A stretch of 26,828 nt of DNA from positions 186,001 to 212,828 of the forward strand of contig CT868056.1 in NCBI GenBank assembly GCA_000165425.1, given 5' to 3'. Below the pieces are notes generated by a model, which worked only from the letters and a program-made list of their open reading frames with translations, did not search any database and had not been told where the DNA came from. Of the stretch, positions 1 through 11,582 are shown in pieces. This DNA comes from Paramecium tetraurelia. Its lineage: Eukaryota. Each line of letters begins with the position of its first letter. Position 1 is the first letter of the stretch. Position numbers and translations under genes: made by a program.

Positions 1-1275
1 CTTCCCTACACAGATCTTAATAAATATTTTGTAACTATTTTGGATCCAGCAGATTGCTTAGATGTTCATTAATAGCAGAATCCTGAGTAGTTACAGTTTG
101 ATTTCTTATTTCTGAGATTGTAGACTATTCCTTGTGAGTCAGAGGAGCATATGGATTATGATGTTTATCCAACATTTAAGAATCAGAACTGGTTAAGCCG
201 TCTATAAGACTAGGAAATTTAGGGGCATTTAGGTATTTGGACTCTAAATTTTTGGTATACAAATCCAAATCATCAGGCTTTGCACTGGATTATTCGTATT
301 GGTTTTCTTCAATTCGAAACAATTATAAATTTTTAGAAGTGGTTTATGGTACTTTTGGATGGTGCTCTTGTTCAAAACCTGTGAACTTTTAGCCTTTGAT
401 TTATTCTATTTTATATTATAGATTTGATTTAATAGGTTGAAGAGGGTCTCTAGCTGAGAGTAAGTACAGTTATTTGAGAATAGGGTGGGATGGAGACTGC
501 AATGACTTTTATTCTTTGAGTTAGACTTCTCCAATTTAGGATTCACAAAAGAATTGGAGAACAGGAGTATTGCCAAATTTATGAGAAATCAAAGGTAGTA
601 TCTGTGTACTTGAGTTATCAATAAACAAATCGAACAACCAAACGTTTTGATTGTCTAGTGTGATCTATTTTTATTTGGTATCAGTATCTTATAGTTCATA
701 GTATTAATCTCCATCAACAAATTGCATTCCACTCAATTAAGAATGATAATTCAGCCATCCTTGAATGTGGAGTCCAGTGTTCTTTTGAGTAATGGAGTCA
801 ACAATCACATATTTGGATTGCAATACGATTAATAATAGATAGAAATTTGAGTTTTCATAAAGATGAATATAACAATGCGTTAAATGCTACTAATAAATGA
901 TGGGATTGTTTATTTGCTTATTGAACATCGATTTAAATTTTTATTTGGTGGAATCTGAGAGTCGACTACAATATGGTAATTTAGAGATATACTTGCGATA
1001 TCCGCTAATGAGTTTAGAGTAATCGTTGGTCTTCTATTTCATTATGTGATCAGATAGGAAATGGATATCTGTCCCAAAATTATTGATTACAGCCAGGATG
1101 TCATTTGGATTGATGCATGGCGATTGCTTGGGTAATTGTGAAATATGATTACTTGCATTTCACTGTTCTATGAGATGGATTCAAATAAGGGGGTGAGACT
1201 GGTATCAAAATATAGAGGGTTTCCTCTTACACAATTCAAATCCCTAAGCAATTCAACTGCAAATTAATTTAACAT
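1..1275 (-). CDS. Hypothetical protein, 3' end runs off the window (>415 aa); one 26-nt intron at 1127-1152
   Basis: With TAA/TAG=Gln, ATG at 1275 gives MLNQFAVELLRDLNCVRGNPLYFDTSLTPLFESISQNSEMQ. Intron GTAATCATAT...CCCAAG joins this to a frame free of TGA down to position 1 (QSPCINPNDILAVINNFGTDIHFLSDH...). No family motif recognised. Confidence 0.8.
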
Positions 1276-1325
1276 ATATAAAAAGTTCAAATTTTATATT
1301 GAATTATTTTGATTAATCCATAATT

Positions 1326-4300
1326 TCATATATTACTTATCTTATAACTGCAATTGTAATTTGAAGTGATTCTTTGCTTGAAATCATCAGAGGTAGAAAC
1401 AGTGACTTCATCTCGGACAGCAAAGGTTTGTTCTTTGGATAGAGAGTTGCTCTTCACCTTATTGGCTAAATCATCAACACTTATTCCCATGGTTTAAGTG
1501 ATCATGCCTTGTCCATACACCTAAAGGGAGAGCTTTCCTGAAGTGAAAACCTTGTCATAAAATTAAAATAGATCCTGTTTTGTAACCATACCAATATACT
1601 GTGCAGCAATATCCTTTTCTTCAAATGCCAAATCATTATTCTTAATGTGTGACCAAGTGCTTCTTGCCTTGTCCTTAAGATTCTTCTCAACTTCCTTCAA
1701 TCCGGATATCTAAAATTATGATAGAATATATTACAGTGGTTGTTTTGAGTTCCTCAAATTATTGATCAGTCATCTCTTTCAATTCTCGTCCATAATTAAT
1801 TAAGAACTCTTCTATATGTTAATTCACAACATAGGGAGGTTTCGCTGTTCCCTAAACCAAAATTTGAGCACTGTCCAAACAGCCAACAGGCTTGAATTTG
1901 ACACTTACAACATAACCCAATTATAATTATGTACGCAAATAGGCATATGCTGCATTGTGGAGAATCTTATATAATAAATTCATCATTGCTAATTACTTCT
2001 AATCTCTGTATCCAATTTAATAATAATTCAGAGTAACACCATTTGTGTCCAACTAATTAGTAGACTTAGAGACCATTGAATATACAATGGACTTACGACT
2101 CAAATCTGAAACTTAAGAGACGTGATTCTAAATTCTGATATGTGAAGTTGATTCGTCAAATATCTTGGGAATTTGATTTTGTAAGGATTGCACTTCATCT
2201 CTCAAAATATTTCCTGTGAAATAAGTTGTGAATCTGAAATTCTCTAACATCTCTTTCTAAAACTCAGCCAATTCATTCCTAGATACTGAATTGATTTCAT
2301 CAATCATCTAAGAAGGAGTTGGTTAACCTTGAATAATGGTTGGTAATATAACAGAAGTGGCTTAGATGAATAATTTTTACTCAAATGTATTGCTCAATTC
2401 AGTAATTTAACTTAATTTAACTCTGTTCAAAAGATCATCATCACTGATTTCTTTCTTAATCTCTCTTAACACATTCTTATAGAAGTATTCAAACTTATCA
2501 CTCCATCCATACATTTCGAGTGATAACCCTTTCATGGATGAATCAAATGACAACTCATAACCAGCTTCAAATGATTGTTAGAGTGACTTGTACAAATTAT
2601 TAGACACGTAACTATTAAATACTTATAACAATGCCACTTTCTTTAATGATTTCATATCAACAGCTGTTTCGAAATTCATACCCGCATAAACAGTTGGACT
2701 ATATGATCTATCCAATCTCCACCATGTTTTACCTTCAATGTCCTTCTTAATCAATTATGGAAAGTGATTGTATTGTTCATATTCAAATTCATGTTCCTTA
2801 CACTCCTTCTTCGATGTGAAATAGAATGGCATTTTGTGAGTACTCTCAATGAATATATTCTATCTATTTTTTCTATCATACAAAGTGTCTGAATCAACTG
2901 ATTAAATATATGAAATGTGTTGTTAATCACAAAGTGACTTAAAAGCTAAATTGACTGGAACATAATGATTAATCTATGGCAAACTTAGTGGAACGTTTTC
3001 TATCATCATGAAATCCAAACTGTCCTTCTCCATTGGCTTAACATCGTATTATATATGATAGAGTTCATTAGAAAATTGTAGTTCACTCTAAGTGATGAAA
3101 TCAGCATCACTGACCTCTGCATTCTACTATAACAACAAGGTTGATGGCTATTAAAATGATAAGAAGGAAGCCTTTAATTCCTCGCTTTCAATTTCCTCTT
3201 AAACTAATTTATATCCATCATCTCCAACCATGATCAACATGTTATTTGGATTCATTAGATCTGCTAAATAATTATATATGCATTAAGGATCATATTTAAA
3301 ATAACTGGTTTCTGCATTTAATACATATTTTGGTGGGAATGTATTCAGATTGTGTGACAACTTAAATATGTCTATGTCCTTCTCCAAAAATTTAAATTAA
3401 ACATCTGACATAGCCTTCTTTGTCTTATAAGTTTCTTCTAAGAAATCAGTAGGGTTCTATTCTTCATCATAGAATTTGTGAATCTATTCTTCAAAATAGG
3501 ATACTATGGCTTATCCAATTTATAGAGCATAATCCTTTTATTGCCCAATCAATGTTTCACTTAATTCAACTTCAATCAAGTAGAATTAGAAACAACCATT
3601 ATTACCTAAAAATGGCTAAGCATCCATATCAACTATAAGGTTCTTACTAACTAAGTAGTTATACAACCCTCCATCATGTCTTGATCTCACTATTGAATTA
3701 ATAAATTGAATAGGTTTAGTTTCAAAGTATTTAGTACTATCTTCTAATTGATAAAAGTAGATTACTGTCGTTGCCCTTGTGTTGATGTGATATTTCACCA
3801 ATTTTGCAACATCCTTTATTGGTAGTCCAAAATGAGCCAAAGATGGTTTTTCTATTCCCAAATTTGGAATTTTTAAGAACTCACTAGATTCAATGAACTC
3901 TTTCATCTATTCAATCGGTTATGAACTCTTGATCACCAAAGCCATCTGATTGGATGAGTAATATTATTCATGAAACTTTTTTAAGGCTTCAACAACATGA
4001 GGCTTAAGTAATGACTATAAATTTCCAATAGTGAATCTACTCATTGGATGTTTAGGATCTGACATTAAACTCATTAGATGCAATATCTTCCATCCATCTC
4101 CTGCTACATTTATCTCATACTCAGAATTCACTGCATTCGCCTCCTTTTAGACCATCTCTTATGATAAGAGAGGGTCTATGAAAAAGTGAGCGAATACATT
4201 CAGAGCCTCACTTGTTCTACTGGTGTCTATTGTGAAGTAGTAATTGGTTCTGGTTCCTTCAGTGTATGCATTAGTGTAACCTCCTCCTTTGGCCACCAAT

Positions 4301-4824
4301 TATTCAAAATAACTTGTTTCAGGATAGGAATGTGACCCTTAAAATAACATATGCTCTAAAAAATGAGCTAAGCCAGGGAACTCATCAGGTTCATGCCATG
4401 ATCCTGCGTTAACATTCAATGCTGCTTATGTTAATTTGGTTTCTGGATCTCTTATCAACAAGACTTTCAATTTATTAGGCAATTCCAAGTATTCGTATTC
4501 CTTTTTGTCGACTGTTGGCTTCTATATTTCAACATGTTTGTGTTCAGCTGAATGTATTTTTTATTTATGTTGTTTTTTATTCACACTCATTCTCACTTCT
4601 AAAAAACTAGGTTAAGTTAATGAATTTTGCAAAGCCTTAATTTGTTACTCCAGGTATGTTTATTCCTAAATTAATGAGGCCTATTCAAAAGACAAATCAT
4701 TCTAAGTTTCTTGTAAACCCACAACTTTGAATATAACTATACCAATAGTGAAGCAAGCACCAAACAACACTAACAATTGTATTAGTGTCGTGTCTCTCTT
4801 TTGTTTATGTTATTCTTCTTTCAT
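1326..4824 (-). CDS. Insulysin/pitrilysin-like M16A zinc metallopeptidase with N-terminal transmembrane anchor (~1157 aa); 25-nt intron at 1710-1734
   Basis: Inverted zincin motif HFLEH at 4351-4365 in [31 protein letters not shown], followed by GGYTNAYT, FAHFFIDPL, EANAVNSE, HPMSRFTIGNLQSL and YYSSNQM, all typical of IDE. ATG at 4824, TGA at 1326-1328; the spliced length of 3474 nt is divisible by 3. Confidence 0.93.
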
Positions 4825-5239
4825 TTAATATAAAATATAACATTAATAATTTAAAAACGGTATACATATTCTAAAGAAATAAACTGCAGCCTAATATCAT
4901 TCTCCTTAATCCAAGGAGACCTCAAAATAAATCAGACTTATGGGTCTCAATTATATAATATTAAATTAATTACATAAATAGTACAATTAATAATAAGTAA
5001 CACTTTTTTTTAGTAGAATATTACATATTTATAAATAAGTTTTGACATCCTTTTTTGCTCAAATAAGCATGTATGTAGATTTAATATATTTGCATCTTAA
5101 ACATTTACAGTAGTAGATTGTTCATCTTTTAGCTCTAATATATTGAGTTTGACTAAATCAAAAAGAATACTTCTTGCTTACTAGAAGTTTGTAATATAAA
5201 TGAAAAAACTAAAAATGTTATATTGAATTTATGAATAGA

Positions 5240-6726
5240 TCAATGATTTGATTACTATGGATTACTACGCAATTGTCTAGATTTAACTGGGTGTTTTGAA
5301 TGATAATCTTCGATTCTTTCTTCAATTTCTTCTCTGTATGATCTAATCAAACCTTAAACAGGCCAAGCAGCAGCATCTCCAAGTGCGCATATAGTGTGAC
5401 CTTCAATTTAATAAGTTAATTCCTTAAGATAATTAAAAAGATTTAGAGTACTTCTAATTAATCAATTTCAGCAAAATCAGCATTTCCCACTTTCATTCTT
5501 TCCAATAAATCAACCAACCATGAAGTACCTTCTCTGCATGGAGTGCATTGTCCACATGATTCATGTTTATAGAACTTACTCAATCTCAAGATGGCATCAA
5601 TAATATCAGTGGATTTGTCAATAACAATCACAGCAGCAGTTCCCAATCCTGATCTGACATCTCTCAAAGCATCAAAATCCATTAAGACAGTTTCGCATAC
5701 TTCTTTAGGCAACATAGGCACAGATGACCCTCCTGGAATAATGCATTTGAGATTATCCCATCCTCCTCTGACACCTCCACAATGTCTTTCAATCAACTCT
5801 TTAAGTGGAATAGACATTTCCTCTTCAACTGTGCATGGGTTGTTGACGTGACCAGAAATGCAAAATAATTTGGTGCCTCTATTATTGGGTCTGCCAAATG
5901 AAGCAAACCAATTAGCTCCTCTTCTGAGAATAGTTGGACAAACAGAGACAGTTTCAACATTAGTAACAGTAGTGGGACAACCCCATAAACCTGCATTTGC
6001 TGGGAAGGGTGGCTTAAGTCTAGGCTTACCTGGTTTTCCTTCCAAGGATTCGATTAAACCCTTTAGCTTACTTGATATAATACCGTTTCTTCACCGCAAA
6101 TATATGCACCTGCTCCACTATGAACATAAACATCAAAATCATATCCACTACCACATGCATTCTTTCCCAAGAATCCCTTTTTGTAAGCTTCATCAACTGC
6201 TTATTGCAAGGCATTAGCTTCAACCCAAAATTCTCCTCTGCAATATATATATGCAGCTCTAGCTCTCATTGCAAATCCTACGCATAATGCACCCTCGACT
6301 AATTTATGAGGATCATGTCTTAAAATTTCTCTATCTTTGCATGTTCCTGGTTCAGATTCATCAGCATTTATTACCAAATAAGATGGTCTTGAATAGTTGG
6401 AGTATATTTACCTTCCATCGGGATTGACTTTTGGCATGAAGGAATATTTCAAACCGCTTGGAAATCCTGCACCTCCTCTACCTCTTAGACCGCTCTTCTT
6501 AATTTCATCTATTATCCAATCTTAACCCATAGTCAGTATGTCTTTTGTTCTATGCCAATCTCCCTAAGAATGTTTAGTATAATACTCTCTTCAAAGCCCC
6601 TTGAATATAAGGATCTCCATCACGATACACATTTGTGAATATTCGATCCTAATCTTTCAAACCACCGTGATAGAACTTTGGAGAAGATGTTAATCTTAGA
6701 AATAGATGAGATTATCTATTTATCAT
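5240..6726 (-). CDS. NDUFV1: Mitochondrial NADH:ubiquinone oxidoreductase 51 kDa flavoprotein subunit (NuoF homolog, 462 aa); introns 6564-6585, 6388-6411, 6061-6083, 5423-5451
   Basis: Motifs [53 protein letters not shown] (FMN/NADH site) and [12 protein letters not shown]...[17 protein letters not shown] (4Fe-4S N3 cysteines). Four GT..AG introns of 22, 24, 23 and 29 nt give a spliced length of 1389 nt (463 codons). Confidence 0.98.
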
Positions 6727-6754
6727 AATCTTTTATTTATTAAAATTAAACAGA
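6727..6754. promoter_or_regulatory. 28-bp head-to-head spacer between the NDUFV1 and MORN start codons (putative bidirectional/overlapping promoter)
   Basis: Minus-strand ATG at 6724-6726 and plus-strand ATG at 6755-6757 are separated only by AATCTTTTATTTATTAAAATTAAACAGA. Promoter function is inferred. Confidence 0.55.
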
Positions 6755-7634
6755 ATGGGGATATGTTCCTGTGGATAAAAATAGCCGGTTAAACAAATGC
6801 AATTTGAAAGCAAGCTTGATGATATGGAGATCAAAAATATTAAGGATCAAGTTCTTAAAGATTGCCAATAACTCAATACAATCTACAACAATAATTTGTC
6901 CTCGGCCTCTTCTATCTTAATGGTTGATAGTATATATACAGGAAAAGTGAGGGACAATTAAAAAGAAGGGTTTGGGGAATGCATATCTTACAATGATAAT
7001 AAAAACTCAGAGCGGCAAAATAAAAAAATAAAAGAATATTATTTAGGAGAATGGAAAGATAGTATGAAGGATGGCTTTGGAATGATGGTGTATTCTAATG
7101 GAAATTAGTATGACTACTATGTTGGCTAATTTCAGTAGAATAAACAACATGGTTCAGGAGAAATTAAATATTCTACTGGGGAATCGTATAAAGGAGAGTT
7201 TTAAAATAATTAATTTCATGGAAAAGGGATTTTGATTCTTCAAGATTAAATTACATATTATGAAGGTGATTGGTCTTTCAATCAACGGGATGGATTTGGA
7301 ATTGAACATGGAATTGATGACAATAAAATATGGGATTATTAAGGATCATTTTCTAAAGGTAAAAGGCAGGGGAAGGGAAAACTTACAATCCATAATGATT
7401 ATGAGATCGAAGGGGAATTTGAAAATGATTTCCCCAAAAACGCAGTTATTACATACAAATAGCAAGAGTGCTAGGCTGATAAATATGATGGATATTTAGA
7501 CATTAATAATAATTATGAATCTATATTTCATGGAAATGGAACTTTAACAATGAAAAATAATTAAATTATACAAGGTATATAATTTAAATTATTTTTAAGG
7601 AATATTTTCAAACCATGAATTTAAAGGAAAATGA
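6755..7634 (+). CDS. MORN-repeat protein (284 aa) with predicted N-terminal acylation motif; 25-nt intron at 7575-7599
   Basis: Starts MGICSCGQK. Repeats YTGKVRDNQKEGFG, YLGEWKDSMKDGFGMM, YVGQFQQNKQHGSGEI, YKGEFQNNQFHGKGIL, YEGDWSFNQRDGFGIE and YQGSFSKGKRQGKGKL match the MORN consensus YxGxWxxGxxHGxG. The spliced length of 855 nt ends in TGA. Confidence 0.92.
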
Positions 7635-7663
7635 ATATCTTTATAAAAACAACCAATTAGTTT

Positions 7664-9044
7664 TCATTATATTGATGCATAATGATCCTAAATCCATTTA
7701 CGAAATTGTGAAATGATATCCTTTCTTGCTTGTTTCAATTGATCGCAGTCTTCATCCTTTGGTGTATACAATTCCACACAATGACCACTATTTTCACAAT
7801 TAATCTCATAAGTCAATATTGATCCTTAATTAACCAAAACACTAGACCACTTCCAAGGATCTTCATTTCCATTAGTCATTATCAAATTATCTACATTCAA
7901 TTCATTTCCCCCAAATCTTGCATTAGCCAATTAGTCATCTGGGAATATGTTCTTCCGTATTCCACCAAAAATACTATTGCAAAAATCTTTATAGAATTGT
8001 ATATCTATCAAGGTGGATCTTACACTGTTATTTAGTGGACTTGTTTACCACCATCCCAATTCACTACAACACTAATACATCCATTGTCTGGAAGGAGTCA
8101 GGTTATTTTCGTCATATTTATCATTCTTCAAATAATATGATCCATATTCCATATAGCTACCTTCTTCAATAACTGATCTAAAATAGTCAATCTATTCAGT
8201 TATGCTTTTATCTTTTAATTATTTGCATAACTCTGATCTTCCTCCATATTAAATTATCAATAACTAAGCATCAGCAAAAAAGAACAAAAATTCTAAATCA
8301 GTCAGTTTCTCTGCGCCAAATGAACGCTTGAATTCTTCCTTTGTCCCCTAGTTTAGTATTTGTTATTCTGCATATTTGTTCATATCCTAAACATCTTTGG
8401 CACATTATGGTCCTGACTTATATGCAGAAAGAAAGATCTAAGTATCAAACATCTTAAAATCAGTGATCGATTCCACTACAGCAGATGAAGCCAATGCTCC
8501 AATTACGAGGTGAGGATACTAATATCTATACCAAGCTGCAAGTGCCCCTGGATAAGATCCTCCTATTGCAATCCAAGGATTCTAAGACTTTATTCCGTGT
8601 TTCTTATTTAAAACCATGAACCTTTAGAAGTAGGCTAAATCATCTAAAGCCTATCTTGTGCTTAAATATCTAAGATTCTCATCTTTTAATGACTCCTTAC
8701 CTAATGGCATTGACTTTCCATAATATCTATGTTCCAATATTATTATCAATGCATTAAACTCTTTAGCCAATTATATGATAAACAATCTCTCCTCCATTAT
8801 TCCAGGACCTAAGTTTTATATCATTTATACATGTATATTCTCCACAAATCTGAAATAATACTACTCCTGTTTCTGGGACAAAATTTTCTTCCACAACCCA
8901 ATATCTTTGATGGAACACATTTTTATTCAATTTATCATAATGATCAACCAACTAGTGTTCAAACCAATACATTTTTTGATTATAGCTGAAATCATCTGCC
9001 ATTACAAGCAATAAGGAAATTGAAATCAGAAAAACTTTATTCAT
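7664..9044 (-). CDS. Secreted/lysosomal serine peptidase family S28 (prolylcarboxypeptidase/TSSP-like, 452 aa); 22-nt intron at 8809-8830
   Basis: Signal peptide MNKVFLISISLLLVMA; motifs QLVDHY...FHQRYW, ICGE and LEHRYYGKSMP. Nucleophile in [28 protein letters not shown], Asp in NGNEDPW, His in SGHCVEL. Spliced length 1359 nt. Confidence 0.95.
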
Positions 9045-10684
9045 TATTAAAAATATATATATAAATTTCTACAAAGAAATAAATTAAAGCAATTTCATTT
9101 GTTATCACATTAAAGGTAGTTCATATTACTTATTATCATAATATGCTCTAAGTATATCTAAGCACAATTATAAATTGTTCTCTATATTTGTATTATTAAT
9201 AATTTAAACATTAGTTTAAATTACTTATTTAAAATTATCATTATATATTTTATTTTCAGATTGTTATTTACCGCATATTCAAAGAAAAAGGTTGTCAAAA
9301 TTTATCTAAAAAAATTCTCTTGATTAAACAAGAAGACAAATATTAAGAAATAATAAGTTTTTGATTTTATTTGAAAGTTAGGATGTAATCAAGGCCAAAG
9401 CTCTTTAAATAATTTTAAATTATACTCTTAATCAAGATTTAAACTAAATCAAAGAATATATTAATTTACTTCTCAATTATCTTATAAAAGAGTGATGTGA
9501 TATATTGTTTAGAGCATTTAATTATTTAAGATTAAAAATATGCATCAAAGTTCTAATTAAGTCATTTAATATAATTTATCTTTTGTCTGGTTTATAAATT
9601 AAAGTACTTCAGAAGGTTAACTATTAATTTCATACTTGTTCTATTAAATAAAGATATAATAAGTGAATAAAAGTAATTATGATTAAGAATTACTGAGTAA
9701 ACAGTTTGAGTTCAATTAGTCAAAGTAAAATTGAAAATTTATTCTGCATTTTTATACCTATGATCTTAAAATCTTTATTTAATGATACAATTTTATTAAG
9801 TATATAGGATTTTTTTGGCTTTAAAGTAGTATTGATATAACATATATACAACATTTTGAATTATAGGGCTATTAAAGATCAATTACTTTTATTATTGAAA
9901 AGTGGTGGAATTATAAATAAATGACAGATTTAATAAAGTAATGATAAATTCTTTTAATAAGATCTTTCCATAAGTAAATATAATAATTTGCACATTAATT
10001 ATTTTAGCCTATCATTAAAATTTATAAATTAAATTATTGCAACTTTTATTACTAATTGAGATTTATTTAAGAAAGACATCGGTTTCTTCCCTCATCCTCT
10101 ATAGATTTTTCTATAAAATAATTTGATCTATTATTATTCATATATTATATTAGTTATTAACTGTATATTGGAATATTGGTTCTAAGAACTATTTTATTAT
10201 TCAAATTTACTTTAATTTTTCAGGAGTTTTATTTAATCATTTTGAACATGTTTTATTCCAAAAATTTTTTAATATTATATCCGCTCTTAATTTTGCTAAT
10301 TATATTGAAAATACTGTAGTTTCTCCTATTCTATTCTGAATATATCAGAAATTAAAATAACAGGGGAATATAAACAAGATTTGCCAGGATTTTCTGTTTT
10401 AAAAACAAACAATTAAAAAATTAAATGAATGATTGGATATCAAAGATTTTAAACTAATTATTTAAACCAGCTATTGATATTAGATTCTAAAAATCAAAGG
10501 ACTTTGAATATATAAATCACCTTTTAAATTATTATAAAAGCGATAGGATTAAATAATTAAAAATAATAACATATCTATCAAGTCATAAAAGCTAAACAAG
10601 TTTGAGAGATGATACTTTTGTTTTTTATCAAACCGTCAGGGTAGATGACCATTTAATTAATTTATTCAATATAAAATTTAAATT

Positions 10685-11233
10685 TCACAGGATTATTTGG
10701 AGTTTATAGTAAGCTTCTACTTTCATAACATGAAGCCCAACATTATAAGTATTCCCGTTGACATTATATATTTAAAATTATTAAACTTATTATTCAGGGA
10801 AAGTAATTGTGATTAATTATTGAGCGAAATTACTTTCATAGATTTATGTTTTTACATCATTGTTTATTAAATAAACTTTTATTCTATAGAATCTATTGTC
10901 TTGATCCCACAACCATATTTTTAAAGTGTTTAATTAATATTATTGCACCAAATCAAAGATAATTGATAATCCTATCCCACTTGCTGTATATCCGAAACTT
11001 CCATTTATAATGTAAGTATTATCTCGTATACAACTGCCTTAATTACCCCCTGCAAAGCTAATTTATAATTTAGATGATATTATAGCTCCTCTATTCTAAT
11101 TTAGTATATTTTAATATTTTCCCCTAAGGATTGATTGTAATCTTGCCTATCTTTGCCTACACATTTAATTAGCTACTAATTAAAAATTCAATATAAACAA
11201 AGTGACTAAAATAATATAATTTTTCCGCATCAT
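10685..11233 (-). CDS. Small secreted protein (182 aa) with a single discoidin/F5-8 type C-like (BTBD9 C-terminal-like) domain; intronless
   Basis: 549-nt ORF in the ciliate code, missed by the ORF track: MMRKNYIILVTLFILNFQLVA (signal peptide)...NILNQNRGAII...GYTASGIGLSIIFDLVQQYQLNTLKIWLWDQDNRFYRIKVYL...FPEQQVQQFQIYNVNGNTYNVGLHVMKVEAYY. The LWDxDxRxY and GNTxNxxxH patterns recall the BTBD9 galactose-binding-like domains. Confidence 0.8.
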
Positions 11234-11582
11234 TGAGAAAGTAAGAATTAATTTATTTTTAATGAATTTATTCAACATATTGAAGAGAATAAAAAGTATC
11301 AAGGTTAATGAATAATTTTTTATAATTTCCTAATTTAGTTATGCCTTCAACATACTTTTTTAATAGAAATAAAGAGTTTTAATTTTTAGATAATCAATAC
11401 AATTTTTCTATTATGTTTATTATTAGAAACCAAATAAATTCTTACAATAAATTGTTTATTAGATTTGAGTAAATTTTAGTTTAAGTTAATTAAAAATATT
11501 AGAGCAAACTTATAACTTTAGAATTTGAACAAAAATTTATCAGATTTATAACAAAATTAATGCTAATTATTTATTTTATCAA

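Noticed and set aside
1502..1690. 62-aa minus ORF in the track
   Set aside because: Wrong-frame overlap with the last exon of the M16 peptidase.
5591..6217. Plus-strand ORFs of 86 and 119 aa and the alternate-frame 67-aa ORF
   Set aside because: Antisense or out-of-frame shadows of the GC-richer NDUFV1 exons; no independent motifs.
7260..7499. 79-aa plus ORF in the track
   Set aside because: Out-of-frame shadow within the MORN gene.
10340..10735. TGA-free plus-strand frame of about 130 codons
   Set aside because: With a single stop codon in very AT-rich DNA such frames arise by chance; no motif, and it runs into the 3' end of the discoidin-like gene.
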